Assembly: GCA_036726225.1 (NCBI GenBank)
Contig: DAIMCS010000001.1
Location: 135,776-186,884, forward strand
DNA from: Patescibacteria group bacterium
Lineage (GTDB): Bacteria; Patescibacteriota; Doudnabacteria; UBA920
Length of the DNA stretch: 51,109 nucleotides
Direction of reading: 5' to 3'
Below the pieces are notes generated by a model. That model ran no database searches, was not told where the DNA came from, and saw nothing but the letters and a program-made list of their open reading frames with translations. How positions within the stretch are numbered: the first letter of the stretch is position 1; every line of letters starts with the position of its first letter. Both the position numbers and the translations under genes were made by a program. Positions 19,129 through 28,662 of this stretch are shown piece after piece.

Positions 19129-20316
19129 TTACTCTTGCTTGGCTTCCTGAGCCGCGGCGTCTATAGATTCCTGTTCAACCGTGCCTTCAGGCGCAACCTC
19201 TACCTGGCCTTCTGCATGCTGATCAACTGATTCGCTGACTGGCTGATTAGCTTGCTCGTCTCCGCTAATTTTTTCCCCGTTAATGTCTATTTTCCATCCT
19301 GTAAGACGCGCGGCCAAACGGACATTTTGTCCGGCTTTGCCAATAGCGAGTGACAACTGATCTTCCAAAACGCCGACCTTAGCTTCTTTGCTGGCTTCAT
19401 CTAATTGGACGTTGATAATTTTTGCCGGGGAGAGTGAATTCGCAATGAATTTCACTGGATCGTCAGAATATTCTATAATGTCAATTTTTTCACCATTTAG
19501 TTCGGCCATTACAGTTTGCACTCGCGAGCCTTTTTGTCCCACACAGCTGCCAATTGGGTCAATGCCGTCTTGAGTGGAGATGACTGCAATTTTAGAACGC
19601 GATCCCGCTTCGCGGGCCACAGCCTTAATTTCAACAGAGCCATTGTAAATTTCCGGCACTTCTAATTCAAACAATTTTCTTACCATATCGGGATGACTGC
19701 GGGACAAAGTAATTTTTGGACCCTTAGTGGCAGGTTCAACGTGCAAAATTAAAACTTTTATACGCTGGCCAATGGTGTATCTTTCACCTCGAATTTGCTC
19801 ACTGGGAAAAAGCACGCCGGCAACTTTGCCTAAGTCAATAAGCACCGTGTCGCCTTCCACTCTTTGCACAATGCCGTTTTGAAGCGTTCTCTCTTTGGCC
19901 TTAAAGTCTGAAAACTGCACGTTTCTTTCTGCTTCACGCAATTTTTGAATAATTACCTGTTTGGCGGTTTGGGCAGCTATGCGGCCGTAGTTAGTTCCGG
20001 TTTTGGGCGTAATATCAGTTTTAATTTCATCGCCGACTTTGGCGCCTTTTTTAAGTTTTTTAGCTTCATCAACTAAAATAAATTTTTGAGGGTCTTCTTC
20101 TACTTGGCTTTCTTCTTCCACCACGGTCTTTTGGTCAAAAACCTTAGTGCCCATAGTTTCGGGGTTAAATTCAACTACAATGTTCTGGTTTTTCTCACCG
20201 TAATCCTTACGGAAAGCCGCGGCTAAAGACGCCTCTATCATAGAGATTAAATCTTCTCTGCTAATACCTTTTTCTTCGGCTATTTGGTCTAATGCTTGCT
20301 CTAGTTGATCATTCAT
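19129..20316 (-). CDS. nusA: Transcription termination/antitermination factor NusA
   Basis: GRIAAQTAKQVIIQ, S1 domain, AREAGSRSKIAV and LAIGKAGQNVRLAARLTGWKIDI. Confidence 0.97.
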   Translation of the reverse strand: MNDQLEQALDQIAEEKGISREDLISMIEASLAAAFRKDYGEKNQNIVVEFNPETMGTKVFDQKTVVEEESQVEEDPQKFILVDEAKKLKKGAKVGDEIKTDITPKTGTNYGRIAAQTAKQVIIQKLREAERNVQFSDFKAKERTLQNGIVQRVEGDTVLIDLGKVAGVLFPSEQIRGERYTIGQRIKVLILHVEPATKGPKITLSRSHPDMVRKLFELEVPEIYNGSVEIKAVAREAGSRSKIAVISTQDGIDPIGSCVGQKGSRVQTVMAELNGEKIDIIEYSDDPVKFIANSLSPAKIINVQLDEASKEAKVGVLEDQLSLAIGKAGQNVRLAARLTGWKIDINGEKISGDEQANQPVSESVDQHAEGQVEVAPEGTVEQESIDAAAQEAKQE

Positions 20317-20320
20317 ATTT

Positions 20321-20403
20321 GCTAAACTGATTAACACGGATACCGCAACGGATGAATACGGATCTGCGTTAATCCGTTTTCAATATCCGTGTTTATCTGT
20401 GGT
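20321..20403. repeat. ~80-bp intergenic inverted-repeat element (ACGGAT-periodic family), copy 1
   Basis: GCTAAACTGATTAACACGGATA...CGGATCTGCGTTAATCCGTT is shared with 21395-21472. Confidence 0.8.
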
Positions 20404-20432
20404 TTCTAATAAAAAAGATGAGCCCGGCTCAT

Positions 20433-20927
20433 CTAGTTCCAATCCTCAACTGCATTCGCTATTATTTTAGCAGGTTTAAACGATTTGTCAACCCCGTTAG
20501 AGGCAAGCCGCCCCGAGGCGGCTGTAGCCGTGCCGCTTCCAGCGGCAGGGCGGCCTCTAACGGGGTCAACTTCACTATATTCCATTACGCAAACATCTAT
20601 TTGTGGCTGTAATTTTGCATACTCCGGATGTTTTTGCAAAAAAATCTTCACTGCTTTTAGAATTTTAATTTGTTTAAACTGGTCAACCGCTTCTGCCCCA
20701 GTGCCGAATTTAACGGATAACAAATTTCGGGTTTTTACTTCCACAAATACTATGCGATTTTTATCAACTGCAATAAAATCTATCTCCCCCAAGCGTTTCC
20801 CCTTTTTGTTATATTCATTTTGCGCGATAATTTTAAAACCGCACCTTTCATATTCTTCCTGCGCAGCTTCTTCTCCAAGTTGTCCTAAAGATTTTATCGA
20901 CTCTGATTTTTTCAGCCAGTTAAACAT
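20433..20927 (-). CDS. yraN: YraN-family PD-(D/E)XK nuclease-like protein with a 26-aa in-frame REP insertion
   Basis: LGQLGEEAA, GEIDFIA and FVEVKTR. Confidence 0.9.
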   Translation of the reverse strand: MFNWLKKSESIKSLGQLGEEAAQEEYERCGFKIIAQNEYNKKGKRLGEIDFIAVDKNRIVFVEVKTRNLLSVKFGTGAEAVDQFKQIKILKAVKIFLQKHPEYAKLQPQIDVCVMEYSEVDPVRGRPAAGSGTATAASGRLASNGVDKSFKPAKIIANAVEDWN

Positions 20928-20990
20928 ATTTTTGTATTACGTATAATGTATAAAGTATAATGCCTTATACCTAATACGTTATACCTTATA

Positions 20991-21389
20991 CTATTTCGGC
21001 AAGTACTTAAGCTTTACCTGTTCTTTTTCCCAAACTGTTTTTTCTTCTCTGTAGGTTTTATATATAGAAATTAAAATTTTAACAAACCAAACCACCGCAA
21101 CTAAAACAATTGCCCAGGCAATAAAATGCGAACCAAAAAACCTTACATTTTGCCAGCGGCACAGGTACCAGACCATTTGGCTTAAGCCTATAGTTGCAAA
21201 CAAGCTAAAAAACTTTTGCCTGTACTTTTTGTCGGCCGGCGTTGGTGCCAGGGCTGCCGAAACTTTTAAAACAATTGCCAACAAAACTAAAATTGCCCCG
21301 CTAAACAAAAAAAGCTTTTCGGCCGGAGATATATATGCGGTATTAATTTGGAAAAGATACTGGGAGGTAAAATAGTTTTTTAAATTCAT
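20991..21389 (-). CDS. Hypothetical 3-TM membrane protein
   Basis: Hydrophobic helices and a basic C-terminus KYLPK. Confidence 0.75.
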   Translation of the reverse strand: MNLKNYFTSQYLFQINTAYISPAEKLFLFSGAILVLLAIVLKVSAALAPTPADKKYRQKFFSLFATIGLSQMVWYLCRWQNVRFFGSHFIAWAIVLVAVVWFVKILISIYKTYREEKTVWEKEQVKLKYLPK

Positions 21390-21394
21390 ATATA

Positions 21395-21472
21395 GCTAAA
21401 CTGATTAACACGGATATTGCAACGGATGGACACGGATCTGCGTTAATCCGTTATCTATTCGCGTTTATCTGT
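21395..21472. repeat. ~80-bp intergenic element, copy 2
   Basis: Near-identical to 20321-20403. Confidence 0.8.
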
Positions 21473-21477
21473 TATTT

Positions 21478-22005
21478 TTATTTTTCGTATAAAACCGCAT
21501 AATGATACCCGTCTGCCAGTAAGTCCTTAACCTTCCTAAAACCTGCGGTTTGCAAAGTAATTTCCAGTCTTTCCTGGTCCATTCTTTTCTCAATTGGCGG
21601 GCCAAAAGGGGTTGCTGTGCGTTTCCACTCCACTGCCACTACACGTCCCGGGCTTTTTAAAATCCTGTAAATATTTTTAATAAGTTCTTCTTTTTTGTCC
21701 ACTTCGTGTAAAATATTTCCCACAATTGCCAAATCGCAAGAACTGGGTGCAATATCCGTTAAAGGTTTGTTTAAGTCCGCCTGCACTACCCTAACATTTT
21801 TGTAGCCAAACTGGTTTGCTATGGAAACAGTTGCCGCAAGCTTAGATGTCTGCACGTCCACCGCGTAAACCATTCCCGTAGGACCTATCATTTGCGCGGC
21901 CGGCAAAACATAAAATCCGTTGCCGCAGCCAAGGTCAGCAACTACCTGCCCCTGCATAAGGCCGGTTTGCGCTACTACTTCGCTTGGATTTAAAAATCTT
22001 GCCAT
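21478..22005 (-). CDS. Class I SAM-dependent methyltransferase
   Basis: VADLGCGNG, VYAVDV, LHEV and LKSPGRV. Confidence 0.9.
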   Translation of the reverse strand: MARFLNPSEVVAQTGLMQGQVVADLGCGNGFYVLPAAQMIGPTGMVYAVDVQTSKLAATVSIANQFGYKNVRVVQADLNKPLTDIAPSSCDLAIVGNILHEVDKKEELIKNIYRILKSPGRVVAVEWKRTATPFGPPIEKRMDQERLEITLQTAGFRKVKDLLADGYHYAVLYEK

Positions 22006-22010
22006 AAATT

Positions 22011-22292
22011 TTAATTTAATTTTTTACTTCTATGAACTAAATACTGAATAAAAACTCCGATATAACCAACTGCTAAATCGAATCTTGAGTAAAATTCTTT
22101 AGCCTTTGGATCCCATTCTTGCCTTTCTTTAACATCAAGATAAAACCATCTCCATATAAAAATACTAAAACACAGATACGCCCACACAAATGAAAAGAAC
22201 ACTAGTCCGACTGCCTTAAACCATAAACCACCGATTATTGCAAAAGATAAAAAAATTATACAAGCAATTTTTTTTTGAACTCCTGTGAACAT
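22011..22292 (-). CDS. Small hypothetical membrane protein
   Basis: Clean ORF packed between genes; two or three TM segments; AT-rich. Confidence 0.6.
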   Translation of the reverse strand: MFTGVQKKIACIIFLSFAIIGGLWFKAVGLVFFSFVWAYLCFSIFIWRWFYLDVKERQEWDPKAKEFYSRFDLAVGYIGVFIQYLVHRSKKLN

Positions 22293-22300
22293 CCAAATTT

Positions 22301-23104
22301 TTACATCTCCTTGTACAATTTTTCTATACTTTTAACTTTTAACTTTCCACTTTCGACTTCTATTAAAACCCCGTTTACCTGCAGCACTCCATTTTCTTCC
22401 ACTTCGTAAACAAACTTTTCTTCGGAATTTAGAAATCTTTTAAGCGCGTTTTGTGGAACTACTCCTAATATTGAATCCCTGGTTCCTGTCATACCCACGT
22501 CTGTTACATAGCCCGTGCCGCCGGCTAAAACCCTGGCATCTGCGGTCGGGATATGAGTGTGAGTACCAAAAACTCCGGAAGCTCTACCGTCTAAATGAAT
22601 TCCCATAGCCACCTTTTCACTCGTGGCCTCCGCATGGAAATCTATTACTATTATATCACCTTTTTGCCCCTGGTCTACCAGCAGCTTATCTGCGGTTAAA
22701 AAAGGATTATCAATGGCTCCCTCCACCTGTTTTTCCATAAATACCTGGCCATTTAAATTGATAATGAGATATTGCTGGCCGTCTTTGGAGAAACGGTAAT
22801 AACCGTGCCCGGGAAAACTGCTCTCATAGTTGGCAGGGCGAATGAGTTTTGGATATTTTTCAAAACACTCGGCAGACAGCTCCCCTTTTTTAAAAACATG
22901 GTTGCCGGAAGTAAAACAATCTATGCCTAAATCGTCAATTTCCCCTAAAGTAGACGGCGTAACCCCTTTGCCATGCGCTAAATTTTCCACATTGACAATT
23001 ACAGCGTCGGGTTTATATTTTTCCTTCCACTGGGGCAAGACTTCACGCAAAGCTTTGCGTCCGGGTTTACCTACAACGTCGCCAATGAATAAAATTTTAG
23101 GCAT
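22301..23104 (-). CDS. ymdB: YmdB-family metallophosphoesterase
   Basis: ILFIGDVVGKPGR, NVENLAHG, TSGNH, DFHAEATSEK, GTHTH and TDVGMTG. Start at MPKILF. Confidence 0.95.
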   Translation of the reverse strand: MPKILFIGDVVGKPGRKALREVLPQWKEKYKPDAVIVNVENLAHGKGVTPSTLGEIDDLGIDCFTSGNHVFKKGELSAECFEKYPKLIRPANYESSFPGHGYYRFSKDGQQYLIINLNGQVFMEKQVEGAIDNPFLTADKLLVDQGQKGDIIVIDFHAEATSEKVAMGIHLDGRASGVFGTHTHIPTADARVLAGGTGYVTDVGMTGTRDSILGVVPQNALKRFLNSEEKFVYEVEENGVLQVNGVLIEVESGKLKVKSIEKLYKEM

Positions 23105-23148
23105 TGAAGTTTTGGACAATAAAATATATAATCTTTTTGGAGGCAGAA

Positions 23149-23364
23149 ATGATCTATCAAAGAAAGCGGAGGTTCGACCTTCAGTTTGGAAAAGAACCTT
23201 GGTATGCCGGAACTCAAATCGGCGACAAAGACGGTAAAGCAGTAATAACTGTCTTTTACAACAACAAGGGGGAACCAATTTTGCCGGAGCACTGGCGAAC
23301 TCAAGTCACATTTGTCAGAATCGGCACGCTCATACAAACGAGCACAAGAACAGGCGTCGGGTGA
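23149..23364 (+). CDS. 71-aa hypothetical protein in its own antisense transcription unit
   Basis: TTGAAG-17-TATAAT promoter (23104-23132), GGAGG SD and a hairpin at 23354-23383. Confidence 0.6.
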   Translation: MIYQRKRRFDLQFGKEPWYAGTQIGDKDGKAVITVFYNNKGEPILPEHWRTQVTFVRIGTLIQTSTRTGVG

Positions 23365-23388
23365 GAAATCACCCGACGCCTTTTTAAA

Positions 23389-24927
23389 TTATCTGGCGTA
23401 CTCAATTACTCTGGTTTCTCGAATTACGTGCACTTTAATTTCACCCGGAAACTTTAGTTCCTGTTCAAGTCGGTTGGCAATTTCGCGCGCCAACTTTTGG
23501 CAGGCAAGGTCGTCTAACTTAGACGGCGTGACAAACACGCGGATTTCGCGGCCGCCCTGAATAGCGTAAGTTTTTTCCACGCCTTCGTAGGAGTTGGCAA
23601 TATTTTCAAGGTCGGTTAAACGCTTAATGTAATTTTCCAAGCTGTCTTTACGCGCGCCTGGGCGGGCACCGGAAATGTTGTCGCAAGCGTCAACAATTAT
23701 GGCCTCAACACTCTGGGCGGCTTCCGATTTTCCGGACACATCGGTGTCGTGGTGGTGGCTGGCAATGGCTTCTATTACCTTTGCGTCCAAACCAAATTTT
23801 TCAGCAACTTTTTTACCAAGTTCAACGTGGCTGCCTTCAAGGTCCTGGTCCAAAGCTTTGCCAATGTCGTGAAGCAGCGCGCCTTGTTTGGTAATTTGCA
23901 CGTCTGCGTCCAATTCTTCAGCCATTAAAGCGGCTAATTTTGCCATTTCCACAGAGTGGCGCAAAATATTTTGCCCATAAGATGTCCTAAACATCATACG
24001 CCCGACTAAATGCACTAATTTGGGGGGGAAATTAGTAATACCCAACTCGTAAACAGCCTGTTCACCGGCCTGTTTAATTTGTTCGTTAATTTCCGCTTTG
24101 CTCTTTTCGTAAGCTTCTTCTATTCTGGCCGGATGAATTCTCCCGTCAGCCAGCAATTTTTCCAAAGTCAGTTTGGCAATATGGCGTCGAATAGAATTAA
24201 AGCCGGAAATTACAACTGTATCCGGAGAATCGTCTATTAAAATTTCCACGCCCATCATTTGTTCAAAGGCGCGAATGTTGCGGCCTTCTTTTCCAATAAT
24301 GCGGCCTTTCATTTCTTCATTCGGAATTTGCACCGTAGTGGTGGTAACTTCAGCCGTAACTTCACTGGCAACGCGCTCAATGGCCTGGGCCACAATGTTG
24401 CGGCCTTCTTTTTCTGCATCCTCGTGGGTCTTGGCAAGCAACTTTCTGTGCAAGCCCACCATTTCTTCTTTTACGGTTTTTTCCGCATTATCAAGAAGCA
24501 CTTTGGCAGCTTCTTCCCGGGTCATACCGGCAATTTTTTGCAAATTTTCCAGCTGTTTAGCTTTAAGCTCCTTTATTTCTTCGGCAGCCTGCTTAACCTG
24601 TTCGCCTTTTTGTTCTAAATCGGCCTTTTGTTTGTCTAAAGAATTAGACTTTGCCTCCAGCTCTTTTTCTTTACGGTCTATGCGCTCTTCAAAACGCACA
24701 ATTTGCGCACGGAAATCCGACTCCTGCTTTTTGGCCTGGTCAATAATTTCCAAAGAACGGGTTTTTGCCTCAAGCAATAACTCTTTTTCTTTATTTTTTG
24801 CGTCTTCAACAATTCTCTCGGCGCGCGCTTCTGCGCTGCCAATATTTTTGCCGGCCTGGGATTGTCGGTACAAATAGCCCAAAAATCCGCCGACTGCCAA
24901 ACCGATAACTATATAAACAATAATCAT
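23389..24927 (-). CDS. rny: Ribonuclease Y
   Basis: N-terminal TM helix, coiled coil, KH motif GRIIGKEGRNIR and HD motif LLHDIGK. Confidence 0.97.
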   Translation of the reverse strand: MIIVYIVIGLAVGGFLGYLYRQSQAGKNIGSAEARAERIVEDAKNKEKELLLEAKTRSLEIIDQAKKQESDFRAQIVRFEERIDRKEKELEAKSNSLDKQKADLEQKGEQVKQAAEEIKELKAKQLENLQKIAGMTREEAAKVLLDNAEKTVKEEMVGLHRKLLAKTHEDAEKEGRNIVAQAIERVASEVTAEVTTTTVQIPNEEMKGRIIGKEGRNIRAFEQMMGVEILIDDSPDTVVISGFNSIRRHIAKLTLEKLLADGRIHPARIEEAYEKSKAEINEQIKQAGEQAVYELGITNFPPKLVHLVGRMMFRTSYGQNILRHSVEMAKLAALMAEELDADVQITKQGALLHDIGKALDQDLEGSHVELGKKVAEKFGLDAKVIEAIASHHHDTDVSGKSEAAQSVEAIIVDACDNISGARPGARKDSLENYIKRLTDLENIANSYEGVEKTYAIQGGREIRVFVTPSKLDDLACQKLAREIANRLEQELKFPGEIKVHVIRETRVIEYAR

Positions 24928-24940
24928 AAAAATACCTTAC

Positions 24941-25093
24941 AATCCGTAAAGTAAGGCGAAACGCAAAAATGGCTAATTATGCAATTAGCTGATAATCTTT
25001 TTTGGGGATTTGATTCTAACGGTTAAAGACACGGTAGATAAATCGATTAAGAAAAGATATTTCTGCGAATTCTCCTGCTGAAACCTTTACGGA
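24941..25093 (-). ncRNA. Probable 6S RNA
   Basis: Rod-like fold by eye: UCCGUAAAG/CUUUACGGA, CGCAGAAAU/AUUUUUGCG, AUCUUUU/AAAAGAU and GAUUU/AAAUC, plus a side hairpin. Own TTGACG-17-TAAATT promoter; lies directly upstream of rny-ymdB. Confidence 0.55.
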
Positions 25094-25201
25094 AAATTAA
25101 TCTATAAATTTCAGTACCTTTAATTTACCACAGTTTGGCATTTTCGTCAATCAGGGATATACTAACATTAAACCCATAATTTTTAATATAAAATCTGCTT
25201 T

Positions 25202-25783
25202 ATGAAATACGAATTGCCAAATTTAAATTACGATTACGACGCACTTGAGCCTTATATTGACGCTGAAACAATGGAAATCCATTACAATAAGCACCACCAA
25301 ACTTACATAGACAAACTCAATGCGGTATTGGGCAAATACCCGGACCTTAGCCAGCAGCCTTTGGAAAATTTGTTAAAATCCTTAAGTACACTGGAAATGG
25401 CAGAGGCCGATAAAACTATGCTTAAGAATAACGGAGGCGGACATTTAAACCATACTTTTTTTTGGGATATTATGGGGCCAAAAAAAGCAGTGGATGAAGT
25501 TTTGGCAGACGAGCTTATAACCACCTTTGGCAGCAAAGACGAATTTAAGAAAAAATTTACCGAAGCCGCAACCGGCAGGTTTGGCTCGGGCTGGGCGTGG
25601 TTAGTTAGAAAACCAAACGGTGCACTAGATGTATACTCTACAGCCAACCAAGACTCCCCCATTATGACCGGGGATACTCCAATAATTGGGTTAGATGTTT
25701 GGGAACACGCATACTACCTAAAATACCAAAACAAGCGGCCAGATTACATAGCCGCTTGGTGGCATGTATTGAAATTGATTTAG
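25202..25783 (+). CDS. sodA: Fe/Mn superoxide dismutase
   Basis: HYNKHHQTY, GGHLNH and DVWEHAYY. GGG before the second His suggests the Mn-type or cambialistic class. Confidence 0.93.
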   Translation: MKYELPNLNYDYDALEPYIDAETMEIHYNKHHQTYIDKLNAVLGKYPDLSQQPLENLLKSLSTLEMAEADKTMLKNNGGGHLNHTFFWDIMGPKKAVDEVLADELITTFGSKDEFKKKFTEAATGRFGSGWAWLVRKPNGALDVYSTANQDSPIMTGDTPIIGLDVWEHAYYLKYQNKRPDYIAAWWHVLKLI

Positions 25784-25892
25784 GATGTAAGTTTTGTGTC
25801 ATTCCGGAAAATTTATATTGCTATTAAATTTATCCGGAATCTATTTTCTAGATTCCCGCTTTCGCCTGCCTACCGCAGGCAGGCGGGAATGG

Positions 25893-26252
25893 AAAAGGGC
25901 GCAAGGTAAACCTTACGCCCGGCGGCATAATACCGCCCAAACAAACTGCCAAAATGAACCTTGAAAATGCTTCCGTCTTATTGGAAGAAGCTTGATTCCC
26001 AAAACCCTCCGAGCTTCTCGTGACGTCCAAGCCCTATCCGCTTTCTCTAATATTGGTCCGCAAGGGTTTTCCTTCAAAACCATACAGTTACAAAGAAGTA
26101 AAACTTTATATAGCTTAATGACCCCTTTTGTACATCTTTTCTCGACAACACGGCCGAGAGAGTGAGGCTCTCAGTTAAATTCGCTAGCATACCTGGGGTC
26201 AGGACATTCATTTCGCGTTACCCACATAAGTCCCCTCCTTATTTTTGATTAA
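25893..26252 (-). ncRNA. Unidentified ~360-nt structured transcript containing an SD-led 18-aa ORF (26227-26171)
   Basis: TTGAAA-17-TATACT promoter (26286-26258), AAGGAGG + MWVTRNECPDPRYASEFN, long-range TGACCCC/GGGGTCA pairing, several hairpins, terminal hairpin 25897-25920 plus U tract. Confidence 0.45.
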
Positions 26253-26329
26253 GATCAAGTATAACGCTATCTTTAAAATTTTTCAACAAAAAACCTCCCT
26301 TGTGGGAGGTTTTGTTATCAGTTATCAAT

Positions 26330-26692
26330 TTACTTGCTCTCAGTTTTTCTTACTTTGTTTTTCCTAAATCTTGGCGCGCCGTCTAACCGTTCACGAACAT
26401 AATAAAGTTTGGCGCGGGAAACTGTGCCGGGTTTAGTTATTTCCAGCTTTACGACATTGGGGGAATGCAGCGGAAAAATTCTTTCCACGCCAACGCCATA
26501 GGAAATTTTACGCACCATAAAAGTACCGTTTACGCCGGTGCCGCCTTTTTTGGCAATAACCAGGCCTTCAAACATCTGCACGCGTTCTTTGCCGCCTTCT
26601 TTAATGCGCTGGTGGACTTTTACAGTGTCGCCCACTCTAAAATCCGGCAAGGTTTTAATTTGAGTATTGGAAACGTGTTTGATAATGGACAT
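26330..26692 (-). CDS. rplS: 50S ribosomal protein L19
   Basis: [24 protein letters not shown] and RAKLYY; terminator at 26289-26314. Confidence 0.98.
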   Translation of the reverse strand: MSIIKHVSNTQIKTLPDFRVGDTVKVHQRIKEGGKERVQMFEGLVIAKKGGTGVNGTFMVRKISYGVGVERIFPLHSPNVVKLEITKPGTVSRAKLYYVRERLDGAPRFRKNKVRKTESK

Positions 26693-26767
26693 TGTGATGG
26701 TATGACGTATTAAGTATTAGGTATTACGTATCGGCTTTATACCTTATACGTTATACACTATACGATC

Positions 26768-27763
26768 TTATAATTGATTTACTTTCTTTGATCCTAAATT
26801 TATTAAAACTTTTTTTAAATCTTCTGGCAATTCGCTTTCTGCCTCTATCCAAGTTTTGTCGGGCAACTGGACTTCAATTCTCTTTGCGTGGAGGAATTGC
26901 CTATGCAAACCATCTAATTTAACTTTTTTCCCACCATACAGCTCGTCGCCAATTAAGGGATGGCCAATAGATTGCATATGAACTCGGATCTGATGCGTTC
27001 TGCCTGTGTGTAATCTTACCAAAAGTAGACTATAGCTGTCAACAGCTATAGTCGACCTCTTCACCTTCTCCCCTTGCGGGAGAAGGTGGCCGAAGGCCGG
27101 ATGAGGGGTTAAATATTCTAAAACTTTATACTCCGTCATCGCCTCTTTTGCCTCTACAGGATTCTTAGTCGTTTGCTTACGGAAGTCAGTTTTGCTTTTG
27201 CCAATTGGCGTTTCTATAAAGCCATGGGCTTTTTCCATTTTGCCTAAAACCAAAGCTAGGTATTCCTTTTTCACCTTTCTGTCTGCAAAAGCATCTTTTA
27301 AATGCTCATACATTTCCTGTGTTGTTGCCACCAAAATAACGCCGCTGGTGTCTTTGTCCAAGCGGTGAACAATTCCCGGACGGTGCTCCTCGCCAACCAA
27401 ATGGATATCTTTAAATTGATACAGTAAGGCGCTGGCAAGTGTTTCGCCTTTAAACCCGGCTCCCGGATGCACAACCATACCAGCTGGTTTGTCAACGATG
27501 AGAAGCCCATGATTGTTGTAGAGGATTTTTAAAACTGTGTTGGTGGGCATTAGATCTTCATCTGCTTTTATAGGCTCTCGATAAGAAATTTTGTCGTTCT
27601 TCCTTACCGCAAAATGGCTGATTGTAATTACGCCGCCATTAACCTCAACACTGCCGCCTTCTATGTCGCGCTGAATCTGGCTGCGTGAAATTTTTGGCAG
27701 CTGCTCTGAAATATATTTATCGAGTCTGGTTTTTAGAGTTTCAACTATAAATTCGTGGGTCAT
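26768..27763 (-). CDS. rluD: RluA/RluD-family pseudouridine synthase with a REP-derived insertion
   Basis: S4 domain, DKPAGMVVHP, HRLDKDTSG and TGRTHQIRVH; insert PHPAFGHLLPQGEK. Confidence 0.93.
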   Translation of the reverse strand: MTHEFIVETLKTRLDKYISEQLPKISRSQIQRDIEGGSVEVNGGVITISHFAVRKNDKISYREPIKADEDLMPTNTVLKILYNNHGLLIVDKPAGMVVHPGAGFKGETLASALLYQFKDIHLVGEEHRPGIVHRLDKDTSGVILVATTQEMYEHLKDAFADRKVKKEYLALVLGKMEKAHGFIETPIGKSKTDFRKQTTKNPVEAKEAMTEYKVLEYLTPHPAFGHLLPQGEKVKRSTIAVDSYSLLLVRLHTGRTHQIRVHMQSIGHPLIGDELYGGKKVKLDGLHRQFLHAKRIEVQLPDKTWIEAESELPEDLKKVLINLGSKKVNQL

Positions 27764-28476
27764 GAAATTAAATCGGGGCGGCGTTTTTTTGTCCGCTTTA
27801 TTGATTCTTGTTTTCTAAATTCATTTATATTTTTATGGTGCCCTGTAAGTAAAACTTTAGGAACTTTTAATCTTTTAATCTTCAATTTTGAATCTTTAAA
27901 TTCAAATATATCCGGCTTGGTGTATTGCGGGAATTCCAAAAGCTTTTCAGAAAAAGATTCACCCACCGAAGATTCGTCCTTGCCTAAAATACCGGGACGC
28001 AGGCGCATAACTGCCTCGGAAATTACCAAAGCCGGCAATTCCCCGCCCATTAATACGTAATCGCCAATGGAAATTTCTTCGTCTGCAAACTGCCTAATTC
28101 TTTCATCAAAGCCTTCGTAGCGTCCGCAAACAAATATTAAATTATTGACTTTCGATAGCCTTTGGGCCGTTGCCTGGTCAAATTTTTTCCCCTGCGGCGT
28201 CATTAAAATTACCTTAGCCCTTAGCCCTTTACCCTTAGCGCTTTTTATGGCTTTATACAACACGTCGGGCCGCAAAACCATCCCCACTCCTCCGCCATAA
28301 GGACGATCATCCACAATTTGCCTTTTGGTAAAACCAAAGCTTCGCAAATTCACGGGCTTAATGTCTAAAAGTTTAAGTTTAATGGCGCGTTTAACAATGC
28401 CAAAATTTTCCACAAAGTCTTCAACAAACTTGGGAAATAAAGTAATAATTTTAATTGATAATTTTCTTTGCTTCAT
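27760..28476 (-). CDS. trmD: tRNA (guanine-N1)-methyltransferase
   Basis: VDDRPYGGGVGM, CGRYEGFDER, SIGDYVLMGGE and PQYTKP. Confidence 0.98.
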   Translation of the reverse strand: MKQRKLSIKIITLFPKFVEDFVENFGIVKRAIKLKLLDIKPVNLRSFGFTKRQIVDDRPYGGGVGMVLRPDVLYKAIKSAKGKGLRAKVILMTPQGKKFDQATAQRLSKVNNLIFVCGRYEGFDERIRQFADEEISIGDYVLMGGELPALVISEAVMRLRPGILGKDESSVGESFSEKLLEFPQYTKPDIFEFKDSKLKIKRLKVPKVLLTGHHKNINEFRKQESIKRTKKRRPDLIS

Positions 28477-28662
28477 AAGTACCCCATCTCGAGCGAAGCG
28501 AGAGATCTATTTCTTAAATAAATACCCCTTTAACAGATTTCTCACTACGTTCGAAATGGTAACTATATTTTAACATTAAAATAACCCCGAAGACTATCTT
28601 ACAATAGTTATTCGGGGTTATCAAATTTTTCTGCGTAATCTGTAGATCTGCGTATCTGCGAT

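Noticed and set aside
23105-23278. N-terminal extension of ymdB in the ORF track
   Set aside because: The family alignment starts at MPKILFIGD; the extension is antisense to the 23149-23364 gene.
26170-26215. TPP-riboswitch-like words (CCUGA…AGG.AUGC.AGCG, CUGAGA)
   Set aside because: The elements are in the wrong order for a TPP aptamer and no downstream gene is regulated.
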